Below, piece by piece: positions 1 through 11,100 of a stretch of 64,000 bases of DNA. The DNA is taken from positions 2,926,917 through 2,990,916 of the forward strand of contig OZ245031.1 of the NCBI GenBank assembly GCA_965223975.1, read 5' to 3'. The notes under the pieces are model-generated. The model ran no database searches, had not been told where the DNA came from, and worked only from the letters and a program-made list of their open reading frames with translations. The DNA comes from Pseudomonadales bacterium (lineage in GTDB: Bacteria; Pseudomonadota; Gammaproteobacteria; Pseudomonadales; JBECKS01). The translations under genes and the position numbers were made by a program. How positions within the stretch are numbered: the stretch's first letter is position 1; each line of letters starts with the position of its first letter.

Positions 1-173
1 CAAAGTAGACCTTCTTCCACAAAATGAATATGCTCAACTTTTTGATTGGCCGATAGCAGAATGTCAGATTTTGAGTGAAATAACTTTTTACTCGTTTTCT
101 AAGGCTTCAAAAAAAAGAGCCTTGCAGGGTATGGTATTGGTTGAATCCATAGCTAGTAACTGTCCTTCCTTGG

Positions 174-812
174 TCAATTATTAAATTGTTTGTCTTTGAA
201 TTCGCATAGGTCTTCAATAAGACAGCTTATGCATTTTGGTTTTCTGGCTACACAGGTATATCGTCCGTGAAGTATGAGCCAATGGTGAGCATCTACTAAG
301 AATTCTTCTGGAATGAATTTAATTAATTTCTTTTCCACTTCTAATACGTTTTTACCAGGTGCGATTTTGGTTCGATTAGATACACGATAAATATGGGTAT
401 CAACAGCCATCGTAGGGTGGCCAAAGGCGGTATTTAGTACCACGTTGGCGGTTTTTCTTCCGACACCGGGAAGAGCTTCAAGTGCTTCTCGATTATCTGG
501 AACAATGGAGTCGTGTTCTTTGATCAAAATTTCACAGGTTTTGATTACGTTTTTGGCTTTAGTTTTATACAGCCCGATGGTTTTGATATAGTTTTCAAGC
601 TTTCTAACTCCGAGCTTTTTAATGCCTTCGGGAGTGTTGGCAATCGGGTAGAGTATATCCGTCGCTTTGTTTACGCTGACGTCAGTGGCTTGTGCGGATA
701 GAATGACTGCGATTAGTAGTTCGAAAGTAGAATCAAAGTTTAATTCGGTCGTGGGCTTTGGATCGTTATCTCTAAATCGGGTAAATATTTCATGGCGCTT
801 TTCCTTGTTCAT
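174..812 (-). CDS. nth: Endonuclease III (DNA glycosylase/AP lyase)
   Basis: 212-aa ORF with a helix-hairpin-helix region (LPGVGRKTANVVL) and a C-terminal 4Fe-4S loop C-x6-C-x2-C-x5-C (CVARKPKCISCLIEDLC). It lies directly downstream of the rnf operon, as in E. coli rsx-nth. Confidence 0.95.
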   Translation of the reverse strand: MNKEKRHEIFTRFRDNDPKPTTELNFDSTFELLIAVILSAQATDVSVNKATDILYPIANTPEGIKKLGVRKLENYIKTIGLYKTKAKNVIKTCEILIKEHDSIVPDNREALEALPGVGRKTANVVLNTAFGHPTMAVDTHIYRVSNRTKIAPGKNVLEVEKKLIKFIPEEFLVDAHHWLILHGRYTCVARKPKCISCLIEDLCEFKDKQFNN

Positions 813-829
813 GACTTTAGCTTCTGCAA

Positions 830-1579
830 CTAACTTATGGTTCCGGTGGTACGGACTCGTTTGCTTCCGGCTTTTACTTCGCCTTTTTTGCTATCGGCGA
901 TTGCTTTTAATTTGTTGTCGATCAGGTTTTTACCAGCAATGATAAGACCTAAGCCTACGAATGCACCAGGTGGCAGTACGGCAAATAGAAAGCTTTTGTA
1001 ATCTGAAAAAATAACTATTTGGCTGTTAGAAAACTGCTCACCGAGCAATAGGTTCATATTTGCGAATAAGGTACCTTGTCCAAGCAGTTCGCGCATACCT
1101 CCGAGTAGGACTAAGATAACTAAAAAGCCCATTCCCATCATAAAGCCATCGACCGCTGAAGCTAGTATACCATTCTTAGAGGCAAAGGCCTCGGCGCGAC
1201 CAATGATGGCGCAGTTGGTGACGATTAGGGGAATAAATATTCCTAGTACTTCATACATTTCAAATGCAAAGGCTTGCATAAGTAATTGAACGCAAGTGGT
1301 TAGGGCGGCGATGATCATGACGAAGGCAGGCAAGCGAATCGCGTCAGTAATCTGGTTGCGAATTAACGATACAGCCACGTTTGAGCCGATCAATACCGCT
1401 AAGGTAGCGATACCCATACCTAGTCCGTTGACGACGCTCCCTGATACCGCCAAAAGAGGGCATAAGCCTAATACTTGAACCAATGCAGGGTTATTAGTCC
1501 ATAGTCCATCTTTTGTAAGTTTTTCGAAATCGATAGAGCTCTTTTCGCTGCTTAGCTCTTGTTCGTTTGTTTCGCTCAT
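830..1579 (-). CDS. rnfE: Rnf electron-transport complex subunit E
   Basis: 249-aa polytopic membrane protein. It is paralogous to the RnfA ORF in this window (shared LGLCP...L and PLI(V/T)TNCA motifs) and is last in the rnfABCDGE order. Confidence 0.9.
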   Translation of the reverse strand: MSETNEQELSSEKSSIDFEKLTKDGLWTNNPALVQVLGLCPLLAVSGSVVNGLGMGIATLAVLIGSNVAVSLIRNQITDAIRLPAFVMIIAALTTCVQLLMQAFAFEMYEVLGIFIPLIVTNCAIIGRAEAFASKNGILASAVDGFMMGMGFLVILVLLGGMRELLGQGTLFANMNLLLGEQFSNSQIVIFSDYKSFLFAVLPPGAFVGLGLIIAGKNLIDNKLKAIADSKKGEVKAGSKRVRTTGTIS

Positions 1580-1591
1580 AACTTGCTCATC

Positions 1592-2248
1592 CTATTGTTC
1601 AAGCTTGCCAGCTTGTACATTAAATTTGCGCAGTAGTTGCTCTTGTTGTTCGTTGAAATATTCCAAGCTTTTTTTAACAGCCTTAACAATTGCTCTTGGA
1701 GTAATAGTAGCGCCAGTCATTTGGTCGAAAACACCGCCATCTTTTTTGACTAACCATTGCGAGGGTTCTGGTGACTCCAAACTACGTCCGTTAAAGCCCA
1801 GTATCCAGTCTGACTTCTTGGTTTCGATAGCGTCGCCCAAGCCGGGAGTTTCGTTGTGGGGAGGAACCACTCGAACTCCTGCGACTTCCCCGTTAAAGTA
1901 GAGGCCAACAATCAGCTGTATCTCTCCGCCGTATCCGTCAGGTGCAGTAGCAGGAAGCACCAGAGCATATGGTTTGTTATCTTTGAAGGCAAAATAAGCA
2001 AACCGCGCTTTACGATTTGAGAGTACGCCTTTATCTAAAAGAATTTTGTCGTCTAACATTTGATTGTCGTGGCTATCTGCTGGTATCAATTCAAATAGGG
2101 CGCGCTCAAGCGCTTTTTGCTTGTTGGCCTCTACGCGTTCTTCTGTCGCGTGTTGAGTAAAAGCAATCAATGCGGATGTAGCTAGAGCGAAGATAGCTAA
2201 AATGACACTGTTTTTACTGATTGATTTAGAGAATACTGTATTGGACAT
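1592..2248 (-). CDS. rnfG: Rnf complex subunit G (FMN-binding)
   Basis: 218 aa with an N-terminal membrane anchor and the covalent-FMN motif region TGATITPRA. It sits between rnfD and rnfE. Confidence 0.9.
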   Translation of the reverse strand: MSNTVFSKSISKNSVILAIFALATSALIAFTQHATEERVEANKQKALERALFELIPADSHDNQMLDDKILLDKGVLSNRKARFAYFAFKDNKPYALVLPATAPDGYGGEIQLIVGLYFNGEVAGVRVVPPHNETPGLGDAIETKKSDWILGFNGRSLESPEPSQWLVKKDGGVFDQMTGATITPRAIVKAVKKSLEYFNEQQEQLLRKFNVQAGKLEQ

Positions 2249-2251
2249 ATC

Positions 2252-3316
2252 CTAATCCTCCTCTGGCTCTGGTTCTGACTTGGGGCACTTGTTCGCGCTG
2301 TATCCCTTCTCGTAGCCATATGTGCGAGGTTGGGTGTAGTAATCAATCGTAGGAGCGCAGAGATTCAACAACAGTACTGAAAAGGCCACGGCGTCTGGAT
2401 AACCGCCCCAGGTTCGAATCACTACAATTAAAATACCGATACCAAAGCCATAGATTAAACGTCCTTTGTTGCTGGTAGCGGCGCTAACCGGGTCAGTAGC
2501 GATAAAAAATGCGCCGAGCATGGTTCCGCCTGCAAAAAGATGAAATAGTGGAGAGGCAAAACGATCGGGATCGATTAGATAAAAAAGGCTAGAACTTAAA
2601 ACTATTGCCAGTAAAAATGATACTGAAATTTGCCAGTTAATAATCTTTTTAAAGTAGAGATAGATGCCCCCCAGTAGAAAGGCGAGATTGACCCATTCCC
2701 AGCCGGCGGCGTAGGCAAAGCCAGCGAAGGTACTTAGGCTTAAGAACTCACTTTTGCTAAAACCTTGACTTAACTGGGTCTTAAATGAATCTAGAGGCGT
2801 AGCTCCGCTATAGGCATCAACAACACTTTGGTCGAATAAAAGGATGGCCTGAGCACTTTCTGCCAATGAAATAGAGCTGTTTATCGGCAGCCAAGTGGTC
2901 ATTTCTACTGGGTAGGAGATCAATAACAGAACGTAAGCTACCATAGCAGGGTTGAACGGGTTGTTACCTAGGCCGCCATAAAGGTGCTTGGCGAAAACGA
3001 TAGCAAATCCAACGCCGACCACGGTAATCCACCAAGGGAGTGTTGGTGGTAGAGCTAGCGCAAGTAAAACAGCTGTGACTACAGCGCTAAGGTCTTTTAA
3101 GTAGAGTGGTACATTGCGTTTACGTAGTTTAAGAACTAAGGTTTCAAAGAAAACAGCGGCAGCGATAGCAATCGCTAAATTAAAAAGAACGCCGTAACCA
3201 AAGAAATAAACAAGCGCAGCCAGACCTGGAATACAGGCCAGCAAAACTTGGAGCATAAAGTCTCCTAAGCGTCCTGGCTTGGATACGTGGGGTGAGGTTT
3301 CAACCGTAAGGGACAC
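2252..3316 (-). CDS. rnfD: Rnf complex subunit D
   Basis: 354-aa polytopic membrane protein with the SGATPLD flavinylation-type motif (YSGATPLDSFK). Operon position fits. Confidence 0.9.
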   Translation of the reverse strand: MSLTVETSPHVSKPGRLGDFMLQVLLACIPGLAALVYFFGYGVLFNLAIAIAAAVFFETLVLKLRKRNVPLYLKDLSAVVTAVLLALALPPTLPWWITVVGVGFAIVFAKHLYGGLGNNPFNPAMVAYVLLLISYPVEMTTWLPINSSISLAESAQAILLFDQSVVDAYSGATPLDSFKTQLSQGFSKSEFLSLSTFAGFAYAAGWEWVNLAFLLGGIYLYFKKIINWQISVSFLLAIVLSSSLFYLIDPDRFASPLFHLFAGGTMLGAFFIATDPVSAATSNKGRLIYGFGIGILIVVIRTWGGYPDAVAFSVLLLNLCAPTIDYYTQPRTYGYEKGYSANKCPKSEPEPEED

Positions 3317-3325
3317 CGTTTGCTC

Positions 3326-5569
3326 CTACTGCTTGTTTAACTCGGTCATTTTTGCAATAACCTCGTTAAGTTGTTTTTTGTTAGCGTCGATCAACTGTTC
3401 TAGCTCGGCTTTGGTTTGCTCGTCGGCTTGTTCAAGCTCTGTTTTTAATTTTTTTGCTTGAGCTTTAAGTGAGGCCATTTCTATCTTCAATTTATCTTTT
3501 TCGCTAGGCTCGCTCACAGGCTGGGCCGCTTTTTCCTGTGGAGCAGAGTTCGAATCTGCGCCTTCTTTCGTCTTTGGTGCGCTAGCTTTTTGCTCTTTCA
3601 GTAGTTCTCTTAGCTTTGTTTTCTTTTCGTCAGACAGGGCTTTCGCTTGTTCAACTTGTTTCTCTAACTCGCTGGTGTCTGCTGTGCCACTTTTGGCAGA
3701 TATCAGAGATTTCTTAAGCGCTTTTAGATCCGCGCTGGCCTGGTTTGAGTCTTCACGAGCTTCTTCTATCTGTTGCTCCAATTGACTTAATTGAGCATCC
3801 GCTTTGGGTGTATTGGCAGCAGCCTTTTTGTCCGCCAGTGCTTTTTTGAAGGCTTCGGTCGCTTCGTCAGAACGCTGTTTAAGTTTGGCAACGTTTTGCT
3901 CCAGCTCCTCAATATTATTGACTTCAGTCTTGCGAGCATGCTCAAGCGCTTTTTCAGCTTCTTTCCATTGCTTACTGGCTTTAGCGCTGTTGGTTTTGGC
4001 CAGCTGAAAGGCGATTTCTAAACTATCTTCACTAGGTGCGCTGGCTTTTTTGGCTTGCTCGGCTTTCTTTTTCTTGCGAGCTTCTGCTTTGGCCAGTCGA
4101 GCAGCTTCTTTTTCTGCCGCTTCGCGTTCTAGGCGATCTTTTCTGGCTTCAAAACGAGCGCGGCTTTGTTCAGACTTTTCAAGCTCAATATTTTTCTTAC
4201 GAATCTCACCTTTGCCGAAGCGAAAGTATTGCACCAAGGGAATATTGCTTGGGCATACAAAGGAGCAGGCGCCGCACTCAATGCAATCGTTGATGTGATA
4301 TTCCTCAGCTTTCTCTAGTTCTTTTGCTTTGGAATAAAAATACATTTGCTGGGGCAGCAGGTGAGCAGGGCATACCTCGGCACAAGATCCGCAGCGAATG
4401 CAGGGCTGTTCAAGTTCTGGCGAACTTAGCTCGTTCGCTGCACTGGCTAGGATGCAATTGGTGGTTTTTACCACGGGTACATCTAAACTATGAACCGCAA
4501 AGCCCATCATGGGACCGCCCATGACTAGCTGATCAAGTTGGGGCCAATTGATTTTAGCTTGCTCAAGTAAAAACCTAAAAGGCGTACCGATCAGCGCTCG
4601 ATAGTTTTGAGGTTGGCCAAGTGCGTTACCTGTAAGGGTGCTGACACGTGAGATCAGTGGCTGACCTAGTACCACAGCTTCGTAAATGGCGAATACAGTA
4701 CCTGTGTTTTGGCATACAATACCAAGGTCTGCGGGCAAACCTTTTACCGGTACTTCTTTACCTGTGAGCAATTGAATGAGCTGTTTTTCTCCACCTGAAG
4801 GGTATTTGGTGGGGACAATGGCAAGCTTTACGTTATCCGGATCAGATTCATTGATGGCTTGTTTATAAGCCTCGATCGCTTCTGGCTTGTTGTCTTCGAT
4901 ACCAATCAAAATATCTTCTACATCGAGTATTTGGTTTAAGATATCAAGGCCAATCAAGATTTCTTTGGCGTGTTCTCTGATGAGAACATCATCAGCGGTG
5001 ATATATGGCTCACACTCAACAGAATTTAAAATGAGAGTATTAATCTTTTGAGCAGGCACGTTGAGTTTGACAGAGCTTGGAAAACCAGCGCCACCCATAC
5101 CTGAAATACCCGCGTCACGAATTTTGTTAAGCAGCTCCTCCGCAGATAGGCTTGAAAAATCTTGAGTAGGATTGAGTTGTGTCCATTCGTCTTTTTGATC
5201 GCACTCGATCACAATGCATTGGCCCGCTAGACCGGAAGGATGCTGTACATCGCGTTCTTCAATCGCTTTTACTATGCCGGAACTGGGTGCATGGAGGGGA
5301 GCGCTAACAAAACCCTTTGCTTCTGCGATTTTTTGGCCTTTGAGTACGTAATCGCCGACATTCACGATAGGGCTTGCAGGCGCACCGATATGTTGCTGTA
5401 AAGGTAATATCAGTTCTTGGGGTAGCGGGGCTGGCTCAATACCTTTGTCACAGGTTTGAGTTTTATTTTGCTCAGGGTGTACACCACCATGAAAACCAAA
5501 AATGTTTTGCAAAACGATTTTTTTATCGTTTGTTATAGTTTTATCGGCGTTGTTTCCAGAAAGACTCAT
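3326..5569 (-). CDS. rnfC: Rnf complex subunit C with a long C-terminal K/A/E-rich extension
   Basis: 747 aa. It has a nucleotide/FMN-binding core (GMGGAGFPS) and two 4Fe-4S ferredoxin motifs (CIRCGSCAEVCP, CIECGACSFVCP). A ~290-aa low-complexity, coiled-coil-like tail follows. Confidence 0.92.
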   Translation of the reverse strand: MSLSGNNADKTITNDKKIVLQNIFGFHGGVHPEQNKTQTCDKGIEPAPLPQELILPLQQHIGAPASPIVNVGDYVLKGQKIAEAKGFVSAPLHAPSSGIVKAIEERDVQHPSGLAGQCIVIECDQKDEWTQLNPTQDFSSLSAEELLNKIRDAGISGMGGAGFPSSVKLNVPAQKINTLILNSVECEPYITADDVLIREHAKEILIGLDILNQILDVEDILIGIEDNKPEAIEAYKQAINESDPDNVKLAIVPTKYPSGGEKQLIQLLTGKEVPVKGLPADLGIVCQNTGTVFAIYEAVVLGQPLISRVSTLTGNALGQPQNYRALIGTPFRFLLEQAKINWPQLDQLVMGGPMMGFAVHSLDVPVVKTTNCILASAANELSSPELEQPCIRCGSCAEVCPAHLLPQQMYFYSKAKELEKAEEYHINDCIECGACSFVCPSNIPLVQYFRFGKGEIRKKNIELEKSEQSRARFEARKDRLEREAAEKEAARLAKAEARKKKKAEQAKKASAPSEDSLEIAFQLAKTNSAKASKQWKEAEKALEHARKTEVNNIEELEQNVAKLKQRSDEATEAFKKALADKKAAANTPKADAQLSQLEQQIEEAREDSNQASADLKALKKSLISAKSGTADTSELEKQVEQAKALSDEKKTKLRELLKEQKASAPKTKEGADSNSAPQEKAAQPVSEPSEKDKLKIEMASLKAQAKKLKTELEQADEQTKAELEQLIDANKKQLNEVIAKMTELNKQ

Positions 5570-6180
5570 TAAGAGACCTCCTTAAGCGGAATCAATTTTT
5601 GTGTACGTTTTCCACTGCCCTGGGGTAAATCCCAAGTCCAGTTGTTTTGTTTAATGGGCACTTCTAGCATATCGATGCAATCCACCGGGCAGGGATCGAC
5701 ACAGAGGTCGCAACCGGTGCATTCGTCAGTAATCACGGTATGCATTTTTTTCGCAGCACCTAAGATTGCATCAACGGGGCAGGCTTGAATGCATTTGGTG
5801 CAACCAATGCACTCGTCTTCACGAATGTAAGCGACTTTAGGTAGCGCCGATTCGGTTCCGTGTTCTTCATCGAGCGGGATAAAGTCGACACCCAGTAAAT
5901 CTGCCAGTGCATGAATGGTGTCTTCGCCACCTGGAGGGCAATGGTTAATGGCTTCGCCTTCATTAGCTATGGCTTCTGCATAGGGGCGGCAGCCGGGATG
6001 GCCACATTGTCCACATTGGGTTTGCGGTAAGATGGCATCGATTTGATCTATAATAGGGTCGCCTTCCGTTTTAAAACGGATATCGGCATAGCCCAGTATG
6101 GCGCCAAAGATTGACCCCAGCACTAGAAGTACTGCGATAGGAATCAACAGGTTGGAGCTAAGCTCGTTAAGGATTTCCAC
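5569..6180 (-). CDS. rnfB: Rnf complex subunit B (polyferredoxin)
   Basis: 203 aa with an N-terminal anchor and several Cys clusters ([36 protein letters not shown]). The stop overlaps the rnfC start by 1 nt. Confidence 0.92.
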   Translation of the reverse strand: MEILNELSSNLLIPIAVLLVLGSIFGAILGYADIRFKTEGDPIIDQIDAILPQTQCGQCGHPGCRPYAEAIANEGEAINHCPPGGEDTIHALADLLGVDFIPLDEEHGTESALPKVAYIREDECIGCTKCIQACPVDAILGAAKKMHTVITDECTGCDLCVDPCPVDCIDMLEVPIKQNNWTWDLPQGSGKRTQKLIPLKEVS

Positions 6181-6767
6181 TAGATCTTCACCAATCCCGA
6201 AAAGCCCATAAAGGCTAGAGCCATTAGTCCGGCTGTAATTAAGCCGATCGAGGGGCCTTTGAATGGTTCGGGAACGTCAGCAAGTAGGATTCTTTCTCTC
6301 ATACCAGCAAAAAGCACCAAGACTAGTGAGAAGCCCACTGCCGCTCCAAAACCATAGAAAATAGAACTAATTAGAGTAGGGTCTTCTTTTCTGACATTAA
6401 GAAGAGCAACACCTAGTACTGCGCAGTTGGTTGTGATTAAGGGTAAGAAAATGCCTAAGACTCGGTAAAGAATAGGGCTGGACTTTTTAACAATCATTTC
6501 AGTCAATTGCACGGTGACGGCAATTACTAGGATAAAGCTTATGGTTTGCAAATACTCTAAACCTAGAGGCTTGAGCAGGTAGGCGAAAACCAGATAGCTG
6601 AGAGTTGAGGACAGCGTCAGTACAAAGGTGGTGGCAAAGGACATCCCAAGTGCGGTATCCAGTTTGTTGGATACTCCCATAAATGGGCACAGACCCAAAA
6701 ACTGTACCAACACAAAGTTGTTAACCAGTATGGTGCTCAACAAGATAAGGATGAGTTCGGTTGCCAC
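6180..6767 (-). CDS. rnfA: Rnf complex subunit A
   Basis: 195-aa six-TM-type protein, paralogous to RnfE, and the first gene of the operon. Confidence 0.92.
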   Translation of the reverse strand: MATELILILLSTILVNNFVLVQFLGLCPFMGVSNKLDTALGMSFATTFVLTLSSTLSYLVFAYLLKPLGLEYLQTISFILVIAVTVQLTEMIVKKSSPILYRVLGIFLPLITTNCAVLGVALLNVRKEDPTLISSIFYGFGAAVGFSLVLVLFAGMRERILLADVPEPFKGPSIGLITAGLMALAFMGFSGLVKI

Positions 6768-7044
6768 GGTCTGCCTCTAATGTATAGCCTTTCTTTAAAA
6801 GCCTATTCTAAGTCCTTGTTTATAAAGCTCTTCCTAAGCTATATAGATATAAGGTATCGCTTTGTTTAGTGGCGCTAATAGTAGCAGTCTGGAGGTGCAT
6901 TTCCTAGAAAATGACTGGTAAATCCGGCCCATTTAATCGCTGTAATTTCGATTTTATTAATCAGAAAAATTGATAAATATCTAAATATTGTTCAATTTAT
7001 TAGAGGTTTTTTTAACTGAAACGTTTCTGAAGCGTATGTGATGT

Positions 7045-8130
7045 TTATGGTTGTGTTTGCTCGTTCTGCTCTTCTTGGCTTGTTTCATCCGAGCTACCGG
7101 GAGGGTTGAGGCGGGTGAAGTGTATTAAGAATCCAAATCTGGGGTGATCTAGATAGTGTAGCTCGCCACTGCGAATTCTGCGGTGTTGCTGAAGTTTGAA
7201 GTTGGTAATAGGGCTGAAGGTGGCAGGATGGTTTGCGCTAGTTGGGTGGGCTCCCTGGCTGAAGTCTTCCGCTGCAGATAGTTTTACTTCCTCTTCTTGA
7301 CGCTTATCAGAGTCTTCTAGTTTTTTTTGCTCGTTAACTAAGCAGAGGCCGGCGTCATTAGTGACGTATTCGCTTAACCAAAGATCAGAGTGAATATGTA
7401 GGAAACGGGAGCGATATATTCTTAAGGTGCCCTCAAGCTCGTATTGAGAGATCTTCGACAGAGTTTGCTCATCGAGCTTAGCGTCAGAGCTCAAATGCAG
7501 TCTATCTTCTTGCCATTGGTGTAGGGGTCCTTCCAGTAAATATTGCTCACCACCGTCTAAATAAAACAGGGTTTCTTCCGCTTCTTCGTTCACTCTTTGT
7601 TCCCAAATCAGATGTTGAAGGGTTCTATAGCGCCCATTTATCTTCATCTTTTTTAAGATGTCATGCATTAAGCTGACCTCTGGATCGCTAGGGTCAAGAA
7701 AGGTTAAAGGCAGAAGGCTTGTTTCATCGTTTTCGGTGTTGATCTGATTTTCATCAGCCTCTATATTGACTTGTTCTGAGGTTTGAGGGCGGTAGCTCGG
7801 GTGTAAATTTTCAAACGTAGGACGTTCGAGTTCTCTCCAGAACTCAGCGTTCTCATCGCCGGTATTTTGATAGGCGAAAACCAATAGTTCTACACGATAG
7901 TCGAAGATTGACTCATCATCTGGCTCTAAACCTTCACCAATACTTTGAAAGCCTTGCTTATCTGCAGTGCTTCTTAGCGCCTCAAAGCGCTCTTTTTCTT
8001 CCAGCAGGTTGATGGGTTGTGAGCTAGTCGCTTGAGCCTCAGCAAAGCCTAGTTGGGCATAACAGATAAGCAGTAGAAAGCTTAATAGGCTGAATAAAGG
8101 TTTGCACTGTGAGGCTAGAGGAGGATTCAC
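7045..8130 (-). CDS. Secreted acidic protein of unknown function, possibly of the CsiV/DUF2803-like family found next to mfd
   Basis: 361 aa with an N-terminal signal peptide (LLSFLLLICYAQLGFAEA), an acidic body and the C-terminal motif LHYLDHPRFGFLIHF. It begins 3 nt after the mfd stop, so it is probably co-transcribed. The family assignment is from memory only. Confidence 0.45.
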   Translation of the reverse strand: MNPPLASQCKPLFSLLSFLLLICYAQLGFAEAQATSSQPINLLEEKERFEALRSTADKQGFQSIGEGLEPDDESIFDYRVELLVFAYQNTGDENAEFWRELERPTFENLHPSYRPQTSEQVNIEADENQINTENDETSLLPLTFLDPSDPEVSLMHDILKKMKINGRYRTLQHLIWEQRVNEEAEETLFYLDGGEQYLLEGPLHQWQEDRLHLSSDAKLDEQTLSKISQYELEGTLRIYRSRFLHIHSDLWLSEYVTNDAGLCLVNEQKKLEDSDKRQEEEVKLSAAEDFSQGAHPTSANHPATFSPITNFKLQQHRRIRSGELHYLDHPRFGFLIHFTRLNPPGSSDETSQEEQNEQTQP

Positions 8131-8133
8131 GGT

Positions 8134-11100
8134 TTACTGACTGCTCTCTATTAGTCGATTTAATAGCTGCTTTAAAGTCTCAATTCTATCATCGTAGCGC
8201 TCCATATCAAAAGTGAACTGGAGCGAGTCGGCACCGTCCATTTTATAGCGCTGGGGCTCCTGTTGGACCAATTTAACGATACTGAGTGGATCAACTTTAG
8301 GTTTTGCAGAAAATCGTATTTTGCCTGATTTAGCGCCCACATCGATCTTCTCAATACCTAGAGGCTCTGCTTTGAGCTTTAGTTTGGTTACTCTAAATAA
8401 GAGCTTCACCTGCTCTGGCAGCATGCCAAAGCGGTCAATCATTTCGACCTGAATTTCAGACAGGTCTTTATCGCTCTCTGCGCTGGATATTCTTTTATAA
8501 AGCAATAGTCGAAGGTGAACATCTGGCAGGTAGTCTTCTGGTATTAGGGCAGGAAGGCTAAGGTTGATTTCGAGGCCATGCTTTAGTGGCTTATCGAAGT
8601 CAGGGGTGTTGCCAGATTTAATCGACTGAACGGCTTCTTCGAGTAACTCCATATACAGAGTAAAGCCAATGGCGTGCATGTTGCCGCTTTGCTCATCACC
8701 GAGCAGCTCACCAGCGCCTCTAATTTCTAAATCATGACTCGCGAGGGTAAAGCCAGCGCCAAGATCGGTGGCATCTTGGATGGCATCTAAACGTTTAATT
8801 GCATCTTTGCTCATGGCTTTTTGGTGAGGCGTCAATAAATATGCGTAGGCCTGGTGGTGAGAGCGGCCTACGCGTCCTCTTAACTGATGCAGCTGTGCCA
8901 GTCCCAGCTTATCAGCTCGGTCCATGATGATAGTATTAGCGGAAGGTATGTCGATACCCGTTTCGATAATGGTAGTACAGACCAGTATGTTACTTTGCTT
9001 GTGATAAAAGTCTGACATGACTTGCTCGAGCTGTTTCTCGCGCATCTGTCCATGGCCAATACTGATTCTGGCTTCAGGTATAAGCTCCTGTAGTTCCTTG
9101 GCTGTTTGCTCGATGGTGCTCACTTCGTTGTGAAGATAAAACACCTGGCCACCTCGAAGTAATTCACGATGAATCGCTTCTTTAATGATTGCGTTACTGG
9201 ATGTGTGAACAAAGGTTTTGATCGATAAACGCTTGGCGGGCGGTGTTGCGATAATAGATATATCGCGAATACCCGACATGGCCATGTTCAAGGTTCGAGG
9301 AATAGGGGTGGCGGTTAAGGTGAGTATGTCGACATTACTTCGTATGCTTTTTAGCTGCTCTTTGTGTTTGACCCCAAAACGATGCTCTTCGTCGATGATA
9401 ATTAAACCGAGATCCTTAAATTCGATATCTTTTTGTAGAATCTTATGGGTTCCCACCACAATGTCGACTTTGCCGCTTTTTATGTCTGCGACTATGCTTT
9501 TACTTTCCTTTGCTGACTTAAAGCGGGACAAGGATTCAACACGGACTGGCCAATCAGCAAAACGATCGTTAAAGGTCTCGCCATGTTGTTCTGCAAGTAG
9601 TGTGGTTGGGACCAGAACAGCCACCTGCTTATTGTTTTGAAGCGCAGTAAACGCCGCTCTCATGGCAACTTCGGTTTTACCGAAACCAACATCACCACAT
9701 ACCAAACGATCCATCGGGTTTTCTGATTTTAAATCAGCGATACAAGCATCGATGGCATTCGTTTGATCTTCGGTTTCTTCAAAAGGAAAGGCCGCAGAAA
9801 ATAACTTATAGTCGTCGTCTTGTAGCTTGTGAGAAAAACCGTGTACTGAAGCGCGTCTGGCATAAATATCCAGTAGCTCTGCCGCGACGTCATGGATTTT
9901 TTCAGCTGCTTTCTTTTTAGCTTTTTGCCATTGGTCTGAGCCTAGAGAATGGAGCGGGGCGCTTTCGTCTGCACCACCTGAATAGCGAGAGATTAAATGC
10001 AGAGATGAAACAGGTACATAAAGCTTTGAGCCATTAGCATATTCGAGGTTTAAGAATTCCATTTTTTGACCGTCAAGGTCTAAAGTCTCCAGACCTCGAT
10101 AACGACCAACACCATGATCGATATGAACGACTGGAGCATCCATTGCCAATTCGCTCAGGTTTTTAATAATTAAGTCAGCATTCTGATTGTCGTTTTTACT
10201 TTTGCGAGTGCTTTGCTGATAGCTTTGGCCGTAGATTTCATATTCAGTGAGAACGATTAGCTTTTCTTGTTCCAAATGAAAACCCTGAGAAAGATCTGCA
10301 ATACAGATATTTAGGTTTGGGGTCTCTTGCTTTAAAAAGTTCTGAATTGAATCAATGGCGGGAATATTTAGCTCAGCTTTTTTCAGTAGTTCGAGCATCT
10401 GTTCTCGGCGGCCTGCTGTTTGGGCGCAGATTAGCACTTTGCTGTTTTCTCTTTTCTGATCGATAAATTCTTTTAAAGCTTGTAGCTGAATCGCTTCTTT
10501 ATAATCGGCCTTAATATCGGGTAGTGCTTGTACCGAAAAAAGATGTTCGCCTTTTGCGGCATTGTCAGATGAGCTTGCCGGATTCAAGCTAATACGAGCA
10601 AAGCGTTTTAGTTGGCTAGCGAAGAGCTGATTGTCTAGGAAGACTTTATTTGGTGAGAGCAGAGGGCGGGTGACGTCCCAGCGTAAACTTTCATAGCGCT
10701 CCTGAAGATCATTCCAAAAATGTTCTGAAGACTCGTGGTTGTTTTGATCAAAGAAAACAATACTATCGCTTGGTAAGTAGTCAAATAGGGAAGCAGTTTC
10801 TTCGAAAAAGAGATCTAAATAATATTCTATGCCGCTAGGGATGATCTGATCTTTGATATCTTGGTAGATCGGGCATTGCCGATAGTCCACGTCAAAGTTT
10901 TCTTGCCAAGCTTGTTTAAAATTTAGCAGCGCCTCTTCGTCACATGGGAATTCCTTTGCCGGCAGTATTTTAAATTCGCTTAAGGACTCAATAGTGCGTT
11001 GAGTTTCTGGGTCGAAGAAACGTAGAGTTTCAATCTCGTCGTCAAATAACTCAATTCGAATAGGGAGTTCTGATCCCATGGGGAAGAGATCGAATATGGA

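Noticed and set aside
2-184. An open frame on the plus strand running in from the left edge (…PQNEYAQLFDWPIAECQILSE…) and ending just inside the nth 3' end.
   Set aside because: Only ~60 codons are visible and no motif is recognisable. It would overlap the nth stop region and contains an A8 run. I cannot support it as the 3' end of a gene from this window alone.
3279-4524. A cluster of plus-strand ORFs of 60-85 aa (3279, 3791, 3804, 4036, 4050, 4324) antisense to rnfC.
   Set aside because: All lie antisense to the K/A/E-rich tail or core of rnfC. Their translations are Leu/Ser/Phe/Cys-rich, as is typical of reverse-complement frames, and several overlap one another in different frames. They are not credible genes.
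7018-7027. The palindrome GAAACGTTTC between the secreted-protein gene and rnfA, which contains PsrA-like half-sites.
   Set aside because: The half-sites abut with no spacer, whereas the PsrA consensus needs 2-4 nt. With no loop it cannot form a terminator hairpin either. It is probably fortuitous in an AT-rich spacer.
9218-9640. A 140-aa plus-strand ORF inside mfd.
   Set aside because: It is antisense to a strongly supported helicase-motif region of mfd. It has no recognisable motif or RBS.
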